Origin: Marsupella aquatica
Lineage: Eukaryota > Plantae > Marchantiophyta
NCBI GenBank assembly: GCA_973895155.1
Contig: OZ316891.1
Location: 11,778,771 to 11,842,770, forward strand
Length of the DNA stretch: 64,000 nt
Direction of reading: 5' to 3'
A program made the translations under genes and the position numbers. Under the pieces are notes generated by a model. It saw nothing but the letters and a program-made list of their open reading frames with translations, had not been told where the DNA came from and did no database searches. Shown piece after piece: positions 53,316 to 64,000 of this stretch. Each line of letters begins with the position of its first letter. Within the stretch, counting starts at the first letter, position 1.

Positions 53316-55487
53316 TTGTTCACAATGGTAGGAGGAACTATGGAAGAGATGACTGAGATGTTTATGAGTTTGATGGAGGCCAAAGCACGAAGAGAGGCAC
53401 CTGAGAACAAGAAGAAGGAGGAAGCAAGTCGTATGACCAAGTGCTTACAAGCTTTGTTAGCAAAGTTTGGGCAGTTTGACGGGAGAAGAGCAACCCGTAC
53501 TTGAAAGAGTATTGGATAAAGGTAGCCATCCACAAGATCAGTGAGAAGGTTGTCATTCATGAATTTGCATCATTGGTGGAATCAGAATTGAAAGACATCA
53601 TCACCAAGATTGCTGAAGGAGCCAAAGAGGATTGGAAAATATTTGAAATGAGGGTGAAAGAGGAGTTTTGATTTGAAGATCCAGATCGAGTTACTGCAGC
53701 CACATTCCTTGGTTGGGTACAAGAGAAAAACAAGAAGTTGGGACCTCAAGAATTATTGAGGGAATTCAATAGGTGCTACCATCAACTATCTTCAAAGGAT
53801 CTAACAATAATCAGTCTCAGAAGAGGGGGTCTTTTGATCCGTGCAGCTGATATACCTTTGAGGGTAGAGTTGGACAATGCTCTAGATGTTATTGCTCTAG
53901 ATGCGGATGAAGTCACTTGGGAACAAGCAGAAGCTGCAATCCACAAGGTGACAAAGCAAAGGAGGAGAAGGGAGGTTGATCAAGAGGCGGAAGCTCCCAT
54001 TCTAGACTTGAGAAAAGTTAGAGAAGAAAGCACTACTGATGGAGGAGAAAAAGAAGTCAAAAGCAGCATCACAGAAGGGGGCGACATAGCATCATTGACA
54101 GATATGATAGCAAAGCTTGCTCTTTCAATTCAAGCCTTGGACTCGAACAAAAACCCTAGTGGAACATCACTAGCAGCCTTGAATAAAAACTGGAATTGTT
54201 TGTGATGTGATAGCAAGGAGCATCACAGAAGGGATTGTGGAGAACTAACAGAAGCATTGCGACTTCGACATGTCAAGTTTGTGGAAGGAAAGATTGCATT
54301 TGTTGATTCTGGAGAGCCAATACCAATGAATGTGAACCGAGGAGGAATGAAGCAGATTGTGGAACAGAGAATGAGAGAGAAAGTTTCTAGTGCTGCAGCG
54401 ATGTATGGTGATCCTTCTGTCTTTAGTCTTCAAGTTAAGAAGAATCTGCCTTCCATAGAACATCTTGATATTATTGAGAGGAAGAGACTTGTAGAAAGTA
54501 TCTGGAGAAAATCCAGTTGGGATGTGCCTGTGTTGATCAACTCTATCATTGCGGAAGTAGGAGCAGCATGGAATACCGCTGTGGAAGATAAGAGGAGATA
54601 TGAAGGCACTTCTATGGAAGAAACCCAAAGGAGAGAAAAACAACAGAGACCCAAAGCAGGACCTCGCTTCACACGTCAAGCCAAAGAGAAAGGAGTTCGA
54701 TTTGAGGAGCCTGAAGCGTCCACAAGCAAGAGTCAAGAAGAAATCTCCCATGGAAGCTCAATGGATACCGACACCCCAAAGAAAGGTGCTAAGAAGAGCC
54801 CAGGCTATTTGCTTACTAGAGAGGTGGAGCAAACCGTTGATCCAGAAGTGATTGCTGAGAAATTTTGGCAGCAAGAGGTAGGGGGTTCACTAATGGAGAA
54901 CTTTTTGGAAGTCTTCGTTTAGACTTACAAGGCAAGATCTTGGATAGGGCAAGAAGAAAAAGGGTTTACAAGGAGGGACCTCATGCACTAACTGCCAAGA
55001 TTCTTAGCTATGACTATGAAGATGATTTAGAAGATGAAGAAGAAGAAGAAGAAGAATTGGAGGGAAATGTATTTTGTGCTACCATGAGTCACCATGAAGC
55101 AACTTCAGGTATTCATGGCAATGTAGCCCTACATGAGGTGGATTTGCGGGAAACAATCCGACCGTATTGGGCAAGAGCTTGCTCGGAGATTGAGGTGCAA
55201 TTGCTTGGGGCTGAAGGAGGAATTTGGGCACTCCTAGACTCAGGATCTGAGTTGAATCTAATGTCTAAAGAGACATACCAAAAAGGGCATTGGAAGATTG
55301 ATTGTGACATCAAATGGAATGTCAATTCAGTGGGCACAAGGGCAAATCCCTTGTGGGGAGCATGTCCCGAGATCATGATCAAACTTGGGAATGTGGTAGA
55401 AGCTATCAATGTCTTTGTATTTGAAAAACTTCCATATCCTCTTATTCTTGGTGTTCCTTTCATCACGGAATTACGAGTAGAGACCAT
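53316..55487 (+). pseudogene. Gypsy gag-protease (multiple stops and frameshifts)
   Basis: Fragmented ORFs 53316, 53738, 54257 and 54865 with a zinc knuckle and DSGS protease motif; the frame resumes at ~57170 after the CACTA insertion (RVET/MVLDDGTH). Confidence 0.8.
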
Positions 55488-57166
55488 CACTAGTACATTT
55501 TACCTCCTTTTTCCGATTCTCTCCACATCGGACGCCTTTGTAAAATAAAATTTGAAAAACCATATATCCGATACTACTAGCATCGCAACATGCCATTTTA
55601 ATAGTATCGGATATCGACAATCGGACTTCTATCGGAAAGTCCGATGGTGGGAGAATGGGAAAGTCCGATGGTGGGAGAATGGGAAAGTCCGATGCTAGGA
55701 GAATGGGAAAGTCCGATGGTGAGGGAATGGGAAAGTCCGATGCTAGGAGAATGGGAAAGTCCAATGGTGAGAGAATGGGAAAGTCCGATGCTAGGAGAAT
55801 GGGAAAGTCCGAAGCAATCAAAATGGGATATGCATTTCAGCGGACGCGACATGCTCAGGTCACCCATCTCTTCCTTTAATTGGGTTTCTACTTTCATTTG
55901 GAACTATGAGCTAGGTGCCCATCTCCCTTGACATGTGAACTCTTCAAATTTTCTCAACTAATTGGTCACCCATCCCAATTGCTATTCCTCCAACATGAGC
56001 TTAACTTTGTGGTTCTTATTCCTTACATTGTACATGCAAGCTTAGCACTTTTGTTGTTTGACTTAGAGTGTTTGGGGATTTTATACACTTGTGAGTTTAC
56101 TAAGACCCATAATTTGGACCCATTCTTGATCCATTTTTCTCTATCATGAGATTAGATCTTTGCATCAAGTGACCTATTCTAGTTACCCTATTACATTCCC
56201 CTAGGAGAAACCAATAGAAATCTGGCAGGGGTCATTCATCGATATTGCCCTCCTTCATTAGATTTGATATGGGATAATTATGGCTTATTAGTTATGGATG
56301 ATATTTTGGTCCTTCCAAAGCCTCAGCGTCAATGGCTCCTGATTGTCTCATCTTTTATCAACTATGTTGTTGTTGGACTTGCAACAAAGACTACATGGGA
56401 CAAGCAACCTCCTTCTAGATGATGTATTTTGGACTTGGCATGTTGAGCACATATTTCCGTAAGGGAACAATATGTTGGGTCTTGGAATGAGGCAAAAACA
56501 ACACTGAAGTCCATTTGCCTCAAGTATGAAGTTATTCATGCATGCAAGAATGATTGCATCTTTTGGGAAGAGTATGTCGGTGCAACCACATACCCCATCT
56601 AACACATCAAAACTTTTCATTCTAACACAATCAAAAATTTTCTTTTTGTCATAACCAGACTTTCCCATACTCCCAACATCGGACTTTCCCATTCTTCCAG
56701 CATCGGACTTTCCCATACTCCCAGCATCGGACTTTCCCATTCTTCCAGCATCGGACTTTCCCATTCTTCTAGCATCGGACTTTCCCATACTCCCAGCATC
56801 GGACTTTCCCATTCTCCTAACATCGGACTTTGCCATGTTAGCACAATCGGATATAATATCCGTTATTATTAACTACGGAAAGTTTCTGATCATATTGTAA
56901 CGCACATCATTTTCGTTACAAAAAACATCGGACATATCAATCAAAGTTTCTGTTGAGGGATCCCATGTGTTTTCTAACGGATATGATCCATTTTTTAACG
57001 CATCGGAAAGGTTCCGTTGTCAATTATATCGGAAATGAAGATATCCGAAGCCGAGAGTATGGCATATTGCCATTTTTTGATAATCGGAATTTCCGATGCT
57101 AAAAGAATCGGACGCCGATTGTTCGCAAAAATTGAGCATTGGAAATCAGCTTAATATGTACTAGTG
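55488..57166 (+). mobile_element. Non-autonomous CACTA (En/Spm) element, 1679 bp
   Basis: TIRs CACTAGTACA...TGTACTAGTG; 3-bp TSD CAT (55485-55487 and 57167-57169); inverted subterminal 24-nt arrays (GGGAAAGTCCGATGCTAGGAGAAT at ~55636-55811, reverse at ~56657-56835); internal Tnp2 remnant KYEVIHACKNDCIF at ~56520-56600. Confidence 0.95.
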
Positions 57167-57382
57167 CATGGTACTTGATGATGGTACTCACATGGAAAAA
57201 GTGAAGAGCAAGGATGACTTGAAGAAGATTCAATTTCCCATACTTCGGCCAGGTAGTACAAGAGATCGTCGGGAATTTAAAACGGTGGAGGAGTACAGGT
57301 CCGACCAGAGTATGAAGGGTTTTGACTAGGCGTCCCGCTAAGAGAAGCAAGCAGGCAGGATGCTAAGCCTTTAGTCTCGTCT

Positions 57383-58118
57383 ATGGAGGTTCATTCCTCT
57401 TTTGTTGGTGTGAGTAGGACTAGTGAAGTGTGCTATTTTCATAAAGGTGGTGTGAAGAGGAGAGCTCAAAAGATGTTGGAAAAGAAAGAAAAAGATTTGT
57501 TCACATTAGGAGTGTTGAAGGTTGAAGAGAGAATAGAAGGAGTACTAGAGGAAAGGGGATTACCACCCTCTCTTCGAGAGATTATTGGAGACATTGAGGA
57601 AGAAAATGGAGAAGTGGAGGTAGAAAGGGATGTGTATGGTTACATTGAGCACTTTGCAGAAGTACACACAAAGTACAAAATAGTGGACAAGAAGGTGCGA
57701 CCTACAGCAGTTCCCTTGCCATCTGAGGCTAAGGAAATACTGAAGCGAGCAAAGGAGGAGCCAAGTCCTAGAGATCGTACTAAGATTGGGCATAAATTCA
57801 CTGAGGAGACGTTGCTCAAATTAAAGATTGGTGATAAGGGTTTACTAGAGGAAGAGAGAAGAGCCTTCGAGAAGATGATCATCAAACATGAAAAGGCCTT
57901 TTCCTTTTCCATTGAAGAGATTGGATGTGCTGATCCAAGGGAGATCACACCAATGGTAATCTTCACTGTTCCACATGTTCATTGGGACCTTAAGCCAATT
58001 CCTGTGCCACGAGCACTAATGCCTAAGTTGGTGGAGTTATTCAAGGAGAAGTTAGATGCCAAAATCCTTGAGAGAGCAAACGCTCCATACTTAAATCGGT
58101 GGTTCACTGTGAGAAAAA
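57383..58118 (+). pseudogene. Gypsy pol segment up to the start of reverse transcriptase
   Basis: TKYKIVDKKVRP, PMVIFTVPHVHWDLKPIPVP, PYLNRWFTVRK. Confidence 0.8.
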
Positions 58119-60028
58119 CACGTTGACGGACCAAACGAGAAGTGTGATAGGCTTCTCATTTGGGCCACCCCAAATTTTTTCTAAGTGTAAAACGCGACGT
58201 GATACAAACCAAGATTTCCTACAAAATCAAACATTTTCAAGCGCAAAATCAAAACATCTCAAACTTTGACTAGTGAACCTTACGAAACAAGGTAAAATGA
58301 CATTTTGTATCACCAAGTTTTATGGAGGCAATACAAAATATGATACGGGGCATCACATTTCACATTCCTTAACAAGTAAATTCGATGTGGTTCTTTATCA
58401 ATAGAGAATATTCCAAAAAGATACCAACTATGGTCAAGTTAACCCATTAATAATTGTACTATGGTAAAACTTAACTCGACCACAGTACAAACTAAACTAG
58501 GCTCAATCTGAAAAGTATAAATAAAGGACCACAAAAAATAATTAGCTTCATAATTTTGTTTTGTGTCCTCTAACCCATGTTACTCCTTCCTCAATGTTGA
58601 AAGCAATTGTCCATACAAACCCGGATTCAACAAGGCCACCGACTAAACTGCTAGTAGTTATCCTCACTTATCCTCCTTTTCCTTTACTTCAAACCCAAAT
58701 CTGATTCTTCGTATCACATTTCAGATTCTTAATGTTACTTTACCATTCAAAAGTGATAGAGTACTCTTGAAAGCAAAACCCAAATGTGATACGCTGTATC
58801 ACATTTTGGATTCCTAAAGGGTTGAAAGAGGTATTAGTTTGAGTGGGAAATGAGGGTATTGGGCTTGAGAATTAGATTTTGGATATACTTGCTTGAAGAA
58901 TCCAAAATCTGATACGTGTATCAGATTTTGTATTCTTCATAGAGATTTTGTTCTTAACTTATTATCTTGGTTAGAGGGTCAAGTCTACATGCGTAGACAT
59001 TGCTGGTAATTGGAAGAATTTATTAGTGAGACAAATACAGGGAATTGTTGACCAGGTTTTATGGACCAGGAATTGTTGACTAATGGTTGTGGTTGGAGAA
59101 GTTTAGGGAGTGGTTGTTGACTAGTGGTTGTGTACGAAAATATTGACCAGGAATTTTTGACCAGGTTTTGTTGACCAGGAATTGATGACAATGTCTCAGT
59201 TTGCCTTGCTATATAAACTACAACGTTTTCTAGAATAATTGTGAACAAGGATTGATTACATTGAGGTACGATGTTTACAGCCTTTTGCTCAGAGCTCTAT
59301 TGTCGATGTTTTTTTCCTCAGTCATGGATTTGTAGTTGTCATTTCCTAATAATTTCTGATCTTTGAATTCATGTTATTAATCAAGCACTAGATGGACCAA
59401 AGTAATTCATGGTGGATAGAAAAGTACTGTCTTGTTATTCAGTCTGCATCTTTTGACTCTATATACTCTAATTTCTGTGCAAAACCCAGAAAGTTAGGCA
59501 AATTGACTTTTGCATCTCATTGTAGAAATTTTTTGTTTATCATTGGAGTTGTTTTCTATGAATCAATTTCACTGATTACTCCTCAATGACTTAATGAATC
59601 AAAAATATTGATGATCCATTGGAAAGGCCTTGGAATTCCGCATCTTTTGATTATATATACTCTGATTTTCGTCGAAAATTAAGAAAGTTAGGGAAAATCG
59701 AATTTTCCAACTTGTCACAGAAAATAGGCGCGCGCGACTTCGGCGACTTCATTCTGAAGCTTTGCTCAATCATTTGATTTAATTTTTTTTCTCCTTGATC
59801 TTATTCTCTTGAGCTTCAAGTAGAATTCAAGATGAACCTGAACTGAGTTGAGAAATAGTTCCAAACTCTCTCGACAAGCTAAGGTTCCTCCAAGCACGGG
59901 ATTTTGAAAAACAATTTGAGACTCTATTGTCTTGTTTTTCTTGGAGCAATACCAAATCTGATTCTGAGTATCAGATTTTTCATTCCTCAACTGTTAAGGT
60001 GGGAGCTAGTTTATTATTTGCCGTTAGG

Positions 60029-63000
60029 ATGTCAAGCGAGAGCAAGAAGGCTTCCATGGAAAAAATGCAGACTATGGGGTCAATCTGCGACATTATTTGG
60101 CAAGATGAAATGATTTGTTCAGAGGAGAAATTTGTGACCCGATCTTGGTACCTCCGAGATGGGCGAATTGTGGATCCAAACAACCAATACGAAGGACCAG
60201 TCCTATTTGTCCAGATCAAGAAGACGGAGTCAATTACCCTTTCGTTTGGTCCAGTATTGGCGGTGAGCATGGCAGATTTCCAGGAGAAGCGGGGAAAAGG
60301 TACAAAGCAAAAAAAAGCATTAATGTTCCTGGTGATGGCCGAGACAAAGGGATTTTCTTCTGTTGTTCTTACCTATGAGAAATTTGACCCAGTTTTGATG
60401 ACACCGTATGAGGATGATCCTATTGTTACAGAGATTCTTGCTCTCCAGGATCCAAACTTGGAGAGATGGTTTGTGCATTTTTGTAGCCTGAGTGATCCTA
60501 TTCTCTTTCCGAAATTGCAAACATATTACAGACAAGTGATAGGAGATGATCTTGGGAAGTCGCCAAGGAAGTTGAGAATTATACTACCAAAAAAACCAAT
60601 AGAGAGTAGAAGAAGATGAGCCCATCCCCCTGAAAACTACAAGGAAGAAAAGGAGTGGGACATCTGTAAATAGTGATAGCAAAGAGCTTTCAGAGCAAAC
60701 AAATGCATCAGCTGATCAATCAAAGATTCATTTGACGGTTGCTAATAGCACTTTTGACAATAAAAGTGCATCGGGTGCTGCTACTTCTGACCTCAGTCTA
60801 CGCGTCTCCGACATGGCTTTTACAACGGTAAATACATATTCCATTGATCATTGTTTAGAATTATTGGTTTGGCTTGATCTTGGCTAGAATCATGGAACCA
60901 TCAGCTTGGATTGATCTTATATCTGTAATTTGTGGACAGGAGACGGACGAGATGACCACTGCTCTAGAAAGACATGAGACCGAGGCAGCACGCACTGATT
61001 TGGCCATGCTTATGATAACCAAACGCGTACAAAAGACAACGGTCTCTCTGTCCCTTGCAAACTTGATTTTTGATGAAGATGGAATGGAGAGCTCCACTCT
61101 TGTTCGAGCAATTGACCAGTTGCACGTGGAGAACATCAAAACTTTGATGAAGAAAAGCCCTTCAAATTTTAGTGCTCCATTTGTTCTTGTAGTTGAACCT
61201 GAAGATTGCCCAAGAGTCAAAGATTGGGATATCAGCAAGTCCAAACTTTGGAGGTATCGCATAATTGGAGGAAATCATGGAGCAAGGGCAAAGGCAGAGC
61301 TTTACAGAGCATACAAAAAGGAGATATTTGGTCAATTGCAAGCTTGAGGGGGGCAAAAAGGATATCCAATTTCTCCACCAAAAGGATTCTAGTCATTTCC
61401 AATTTACAAGGGGTGGACAAGGTGTTACACCAAATGGCTAGGATTAGTTTGTTGAGATTGGATGGTGAGATCTTGCATGCCAAGTCTTTGGAAGTGTGTC
61501 CAGGCTTTTAGGAAATCCCAATCTTCTTGGAAGTGTGTCAAACCTTTATGGAAGTGGTGTTCAACTAAATCTTTATGATCTTTGAGTCCTTTTTCTCTCC
61601 TTTTTGAGCTAATCCTTTTTGCGTCCTTTTGCCCCCCTCAATCTTGCAATTGACCATTTTCCGAGATTGAAGCTTGGGTTTATGCAGATTTAACCCCTCA
61701 AGATGTTCAATGGTTAGGTTGGTAGCACAATATTGATCAGGAATATAGAAAGAAGATGAATAGAATTGACAAGATTAGAACTTGTCACAAGATATTCATT
61801 GCCAGGGGTGGAAAGAGGACCTCGGACCTTCGTGCAGTCTGTGCTGTTGAGTGCCACATGGAGCATTACATTCCTGGAAATAGGGCTAGCTTACAAACGT
61901 GGGATCCTCTTTTTCAGATTGCCTTTCGGACAGGAACAGTGTGGGAGCTTCAAGAAAAGATTATGAGTATGTATTGCAAGCTTGAATTGAAAGGGCAAAA
62001 GAAAGTGCAAGCACCAGTGATAGTGACGGCCAGCAAGGGGAAGGGCAAGGGCAAGACAAAAGCTCCGGTTCCAAAACCAATTCAAAAGTTGGCTGATGAC
62101 ATGAATCTTACACCTTGGAAAGATATCCAAGGTATCTCCAATGAGACTGTCATCCAAAAACTCTTAGAATGAGTGGTGGCAAAATACATCAGTTTAGAGG
62201 AAATGGGGCACGAGGCCGATACGTACAAAAAGCTTAAAAAAATTAAAAATACATTTGTCCAACTAGCGAATCAAGAGAATTGGGCCGCATGTCGAGCTAT
62301 GTTTCCCAAAGAAACTGAATCGAAAGAGCTCGAGCGATTTGTTGAGGTCATGGCCGCAGTTGTAAGTATTCCAAACCTCAAATTATTTTGAAGTTAATTA
62401 ATTTGATTGTTGTTTAGATTTTAGAGATATTTTATATGATCCAAGTATCAAGTTTATTATTGGACCTCTGGTTTTGTAGTAGTTGAGAGACTTGATTAGC
62501 TGATACTGAATTCAAAATATGATACCGAGTATCATCTTTGGTATTGACCTATATGTTTACTGGGAAATTCAGCCTTAGCAATCCCAGACATGATGTGGAG
62601 TATCAAATTTGTTATTGGTCATTTGTTTAATCAAGATGTCTTCATTTTGTACTTATAGATCAAACTCTGCTCAAAGAGGAAAAAGGAGCCAAGGATTGGA
62701 AATGAGGTTGATGAAGTCGGAGAAGAGGAACTTCCTGCAGATAAGATTCCTCTACGGTTCAGGAATTTTGTGGCCAAAGCAATTGAAGACTACAACAAGA
62801 AGCTTGCAGGCGAGGAAGTCGAATCATCCGAATTCACATGGAAGAATGCTGATGGCGATGTGATGTCCTATGCTCTTCATACAGGAGATGCCAGGGTTTG
62901 CAAGGCATTTTTGCCACCAAAAAATTATACTTTGGCCATAGCTGACATCCCATACGGTTTCAATGCGGTTGGGTCTGAGAATGACGAGAAGGCATTTGAG

Positions 63001-63749
63001 GAGAATGATATCATCGATATGGTGGAGGGATTTGCAAGTGTGACAACAGCTGAGGCTTGGCGCTTTGTTGTAATACATTCTTTGCAGCAGGTTAATAGTG
63101 TTATGAATGCTCTTGGTAAAACCTGCAATGCGGGAATTGAAGCTGGTATTTGGGAGAAGACTAATGTTCATGATCATCCATCAGGTAACAGGTTGGCTTG
63201 GTCTTTGAAAATTGGACAATTGGTTTTCATAGCAAAGATGGAATCAGGACAAGGGAGATGTACAATTTCACAAAAGAAGAGAGTAGAGGAAACATCATTA
63301 AAGTCCCATGCGTAACTGTGAAGTCAGTGACTCTTTTGGGGGAAATAGTAAACCCCTACCAAAAGCCAGTAGCTTTATCACAATATTTTGTGGATCATTT
63401 TAGCTATGAAGGGGATTGGGTTATAGACTTTTGTGCAGGGACAGACTCCACAACCTGTGCAGCCCTCCTCAGTCATCGACATGCTGCAGCAATTGAGTTG
63501 AGCCCTACTCAAGTAGATTTTATTGTAGGGCCAATTTAAACTCTAGACTCTAGGTGGCAATTGACTGAGGAGCATGAAATCCAAGGGACTGGGATTCAAG
63601 CTATGGAGATTCAACCGCCATTTGGTGGACTACAAACTAGCACAGTTATGACTGAGGTTGTCGAGTACGAGGACCATGTAGAGGATGAGGTAGTAGAAGC
63701 ACCTGAGGAAGATCATCCAGCTAATTTTGATGATATGTTGGAAGATTAA
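60029..63749 (+). pseudogene. Element B gene: unknown N-terminal domain + ParB/Srx-like domain + complete beta-class N6A/N4C DNA methyltransferase domain + acidic tail
   Basis: ParB-like: VRAIDQLHVENIKTLM...YRIIGGNHGARAK...IEAWVYADL. MTase: LHTGDA, LAIADIPYG, IWEK, NPYQKP, GDWVIDFCAGTDST, AAAIE. Lesions: MITE at 61330, stops at 61723, 62170 and 63537, frameshift near 63205. Confidence 0.85.
61330..61655. mobile_element. 326-bp MITE with ~33-bp TIRs and a 4-bp TSD (ATTT)
   Basis: GGTCAATTGCAAGCTTGAGGGGGGCAAAA...TTTTGCCCCCCTCAATCTTGCAATTGACC. Removing it plus one ATTT restores the host frame KEIFSEIEAWVY. Confidence 0.9.
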
Positions 63750-64000
63750 CTGATTTTGTATCAAGTTTTGAAAGTTAGACCGGTCAATAAACATTTTGTA
63801 ATTTGTTTTCTTGAAGTAATCAAACAAGTATTTCCCGCTGGTAATCTTGGATATTCTCCCAAGTTCCGTGCACTAAATATGTTGTAAAGAGTAGATTTTT
63901 TAGTCATGAACTTTGGCTAGTAGGGGTGGCTACCTTGTCGCTTGCTTTCTAGTCCCGATCAATATCTAATGTGATACTAGTATCATGTTATGTTTTTCTT

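Larger units (their letters stand above)
51596..58118 (+). mobile_element. Degenerate Ty3/Gypsy (Tat/Ogre-like) LTR retrotransposon, 5' part, interrupted by two DNA-element insertions
   Basis: Putative LTR 51596-53217 (TGTCGTGGGG...CCCCAGACA); PBS at 53221; gag with CCHC knuckle at ~54197 (CL*CDSKEHHRRDC); protease ALLDSGSELNLM at ~55230; RT start ...PYLNRWFTVRK cut at 58118. Confidence 0.85.
58335..63989. repeat. Dispersed palindrome family B: AAAT(G/C/A)TGATAC-N2/3-GTATCA(C/G)ATTT
   Basis: Copies at ~58335, 58697, 58782 (perfect), 58894-58939 (extended arms), 59954, 62433, 62515 and 63968, with weaker ones at ~62589 and ~63748. Confidence 0.8.
58119..64000 (+). mobile_element. Element B: DNA-element-like insertion in the Gypsy RT carrying a ParB-MTase gene; right end is outside the window
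   Basis: The RT frame breaks abruptly at WFTVRK|CACGTTGACGG; a subterminal hairpin lies at 58128-58166; non-retroelement sequence follows to the window end. Confidence 0.7.

Noticed and set aside
55471-56844. Repetitive ORFs (ESPMLGEW / SDFPILLA / MGKSDARR)
   Set aside because: These are translations of the CACTA 24-nt subterminal repeats, open in several frames on both strands.
59927-63749. Bacterial contamination or a restriction-modification operon
   Set aside because: The gene has spliceosomal-type introns, a MITE insertion and nests within a plant Gypsy element; no restriction endonuclease or operon structure is seen.

Overview
Intron-rich eukaryotic nuclear DNA, most consistent with a non-seed land plant such as a bryophyte/liverwort (inference from gene content). 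The first ~27 kb holds six host genes: a DUF1818-like gene, an organellar RlmI-like rRNA methyltransferase, a plant HNH endonuclease, a thioredoxin-like [2Fe-2S] protein, an RPB5 paralogue with a long acidic tandem-repeat N-terminus, and a class III peroxidase with an arabinogalactan-like Pro-rich tail. 27-42 kb is repeat-rich intergenic DNA with SINE-like copies and a Copia remnant. 42-64 kb is a nested transposon cluster. It contains two divergent, decayed DNA-element genes that each fuse a ParB/Srx-like domain to a bacterial-type beta-class N6A/N4C DNA methyltransferase; element A also carries an FCP1/NIF phosphatase exon and divergently transcribed En/Spm TnpA-like domains. Each element is studded with its own distinct dispersed palindrome (A: GGCTCGAGAT-N-ATCTCGAGCC, about 19 copies; B: AAATSTGATAC-N2/3-GTATCASATTT, at least 8 copies), reminiscent of parS sites. 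This ParB-MTase plus element-specific palindrome arrangement is the best candidate for an undescribed system. All domain calls are from motif recognition by eye; no database search was run.
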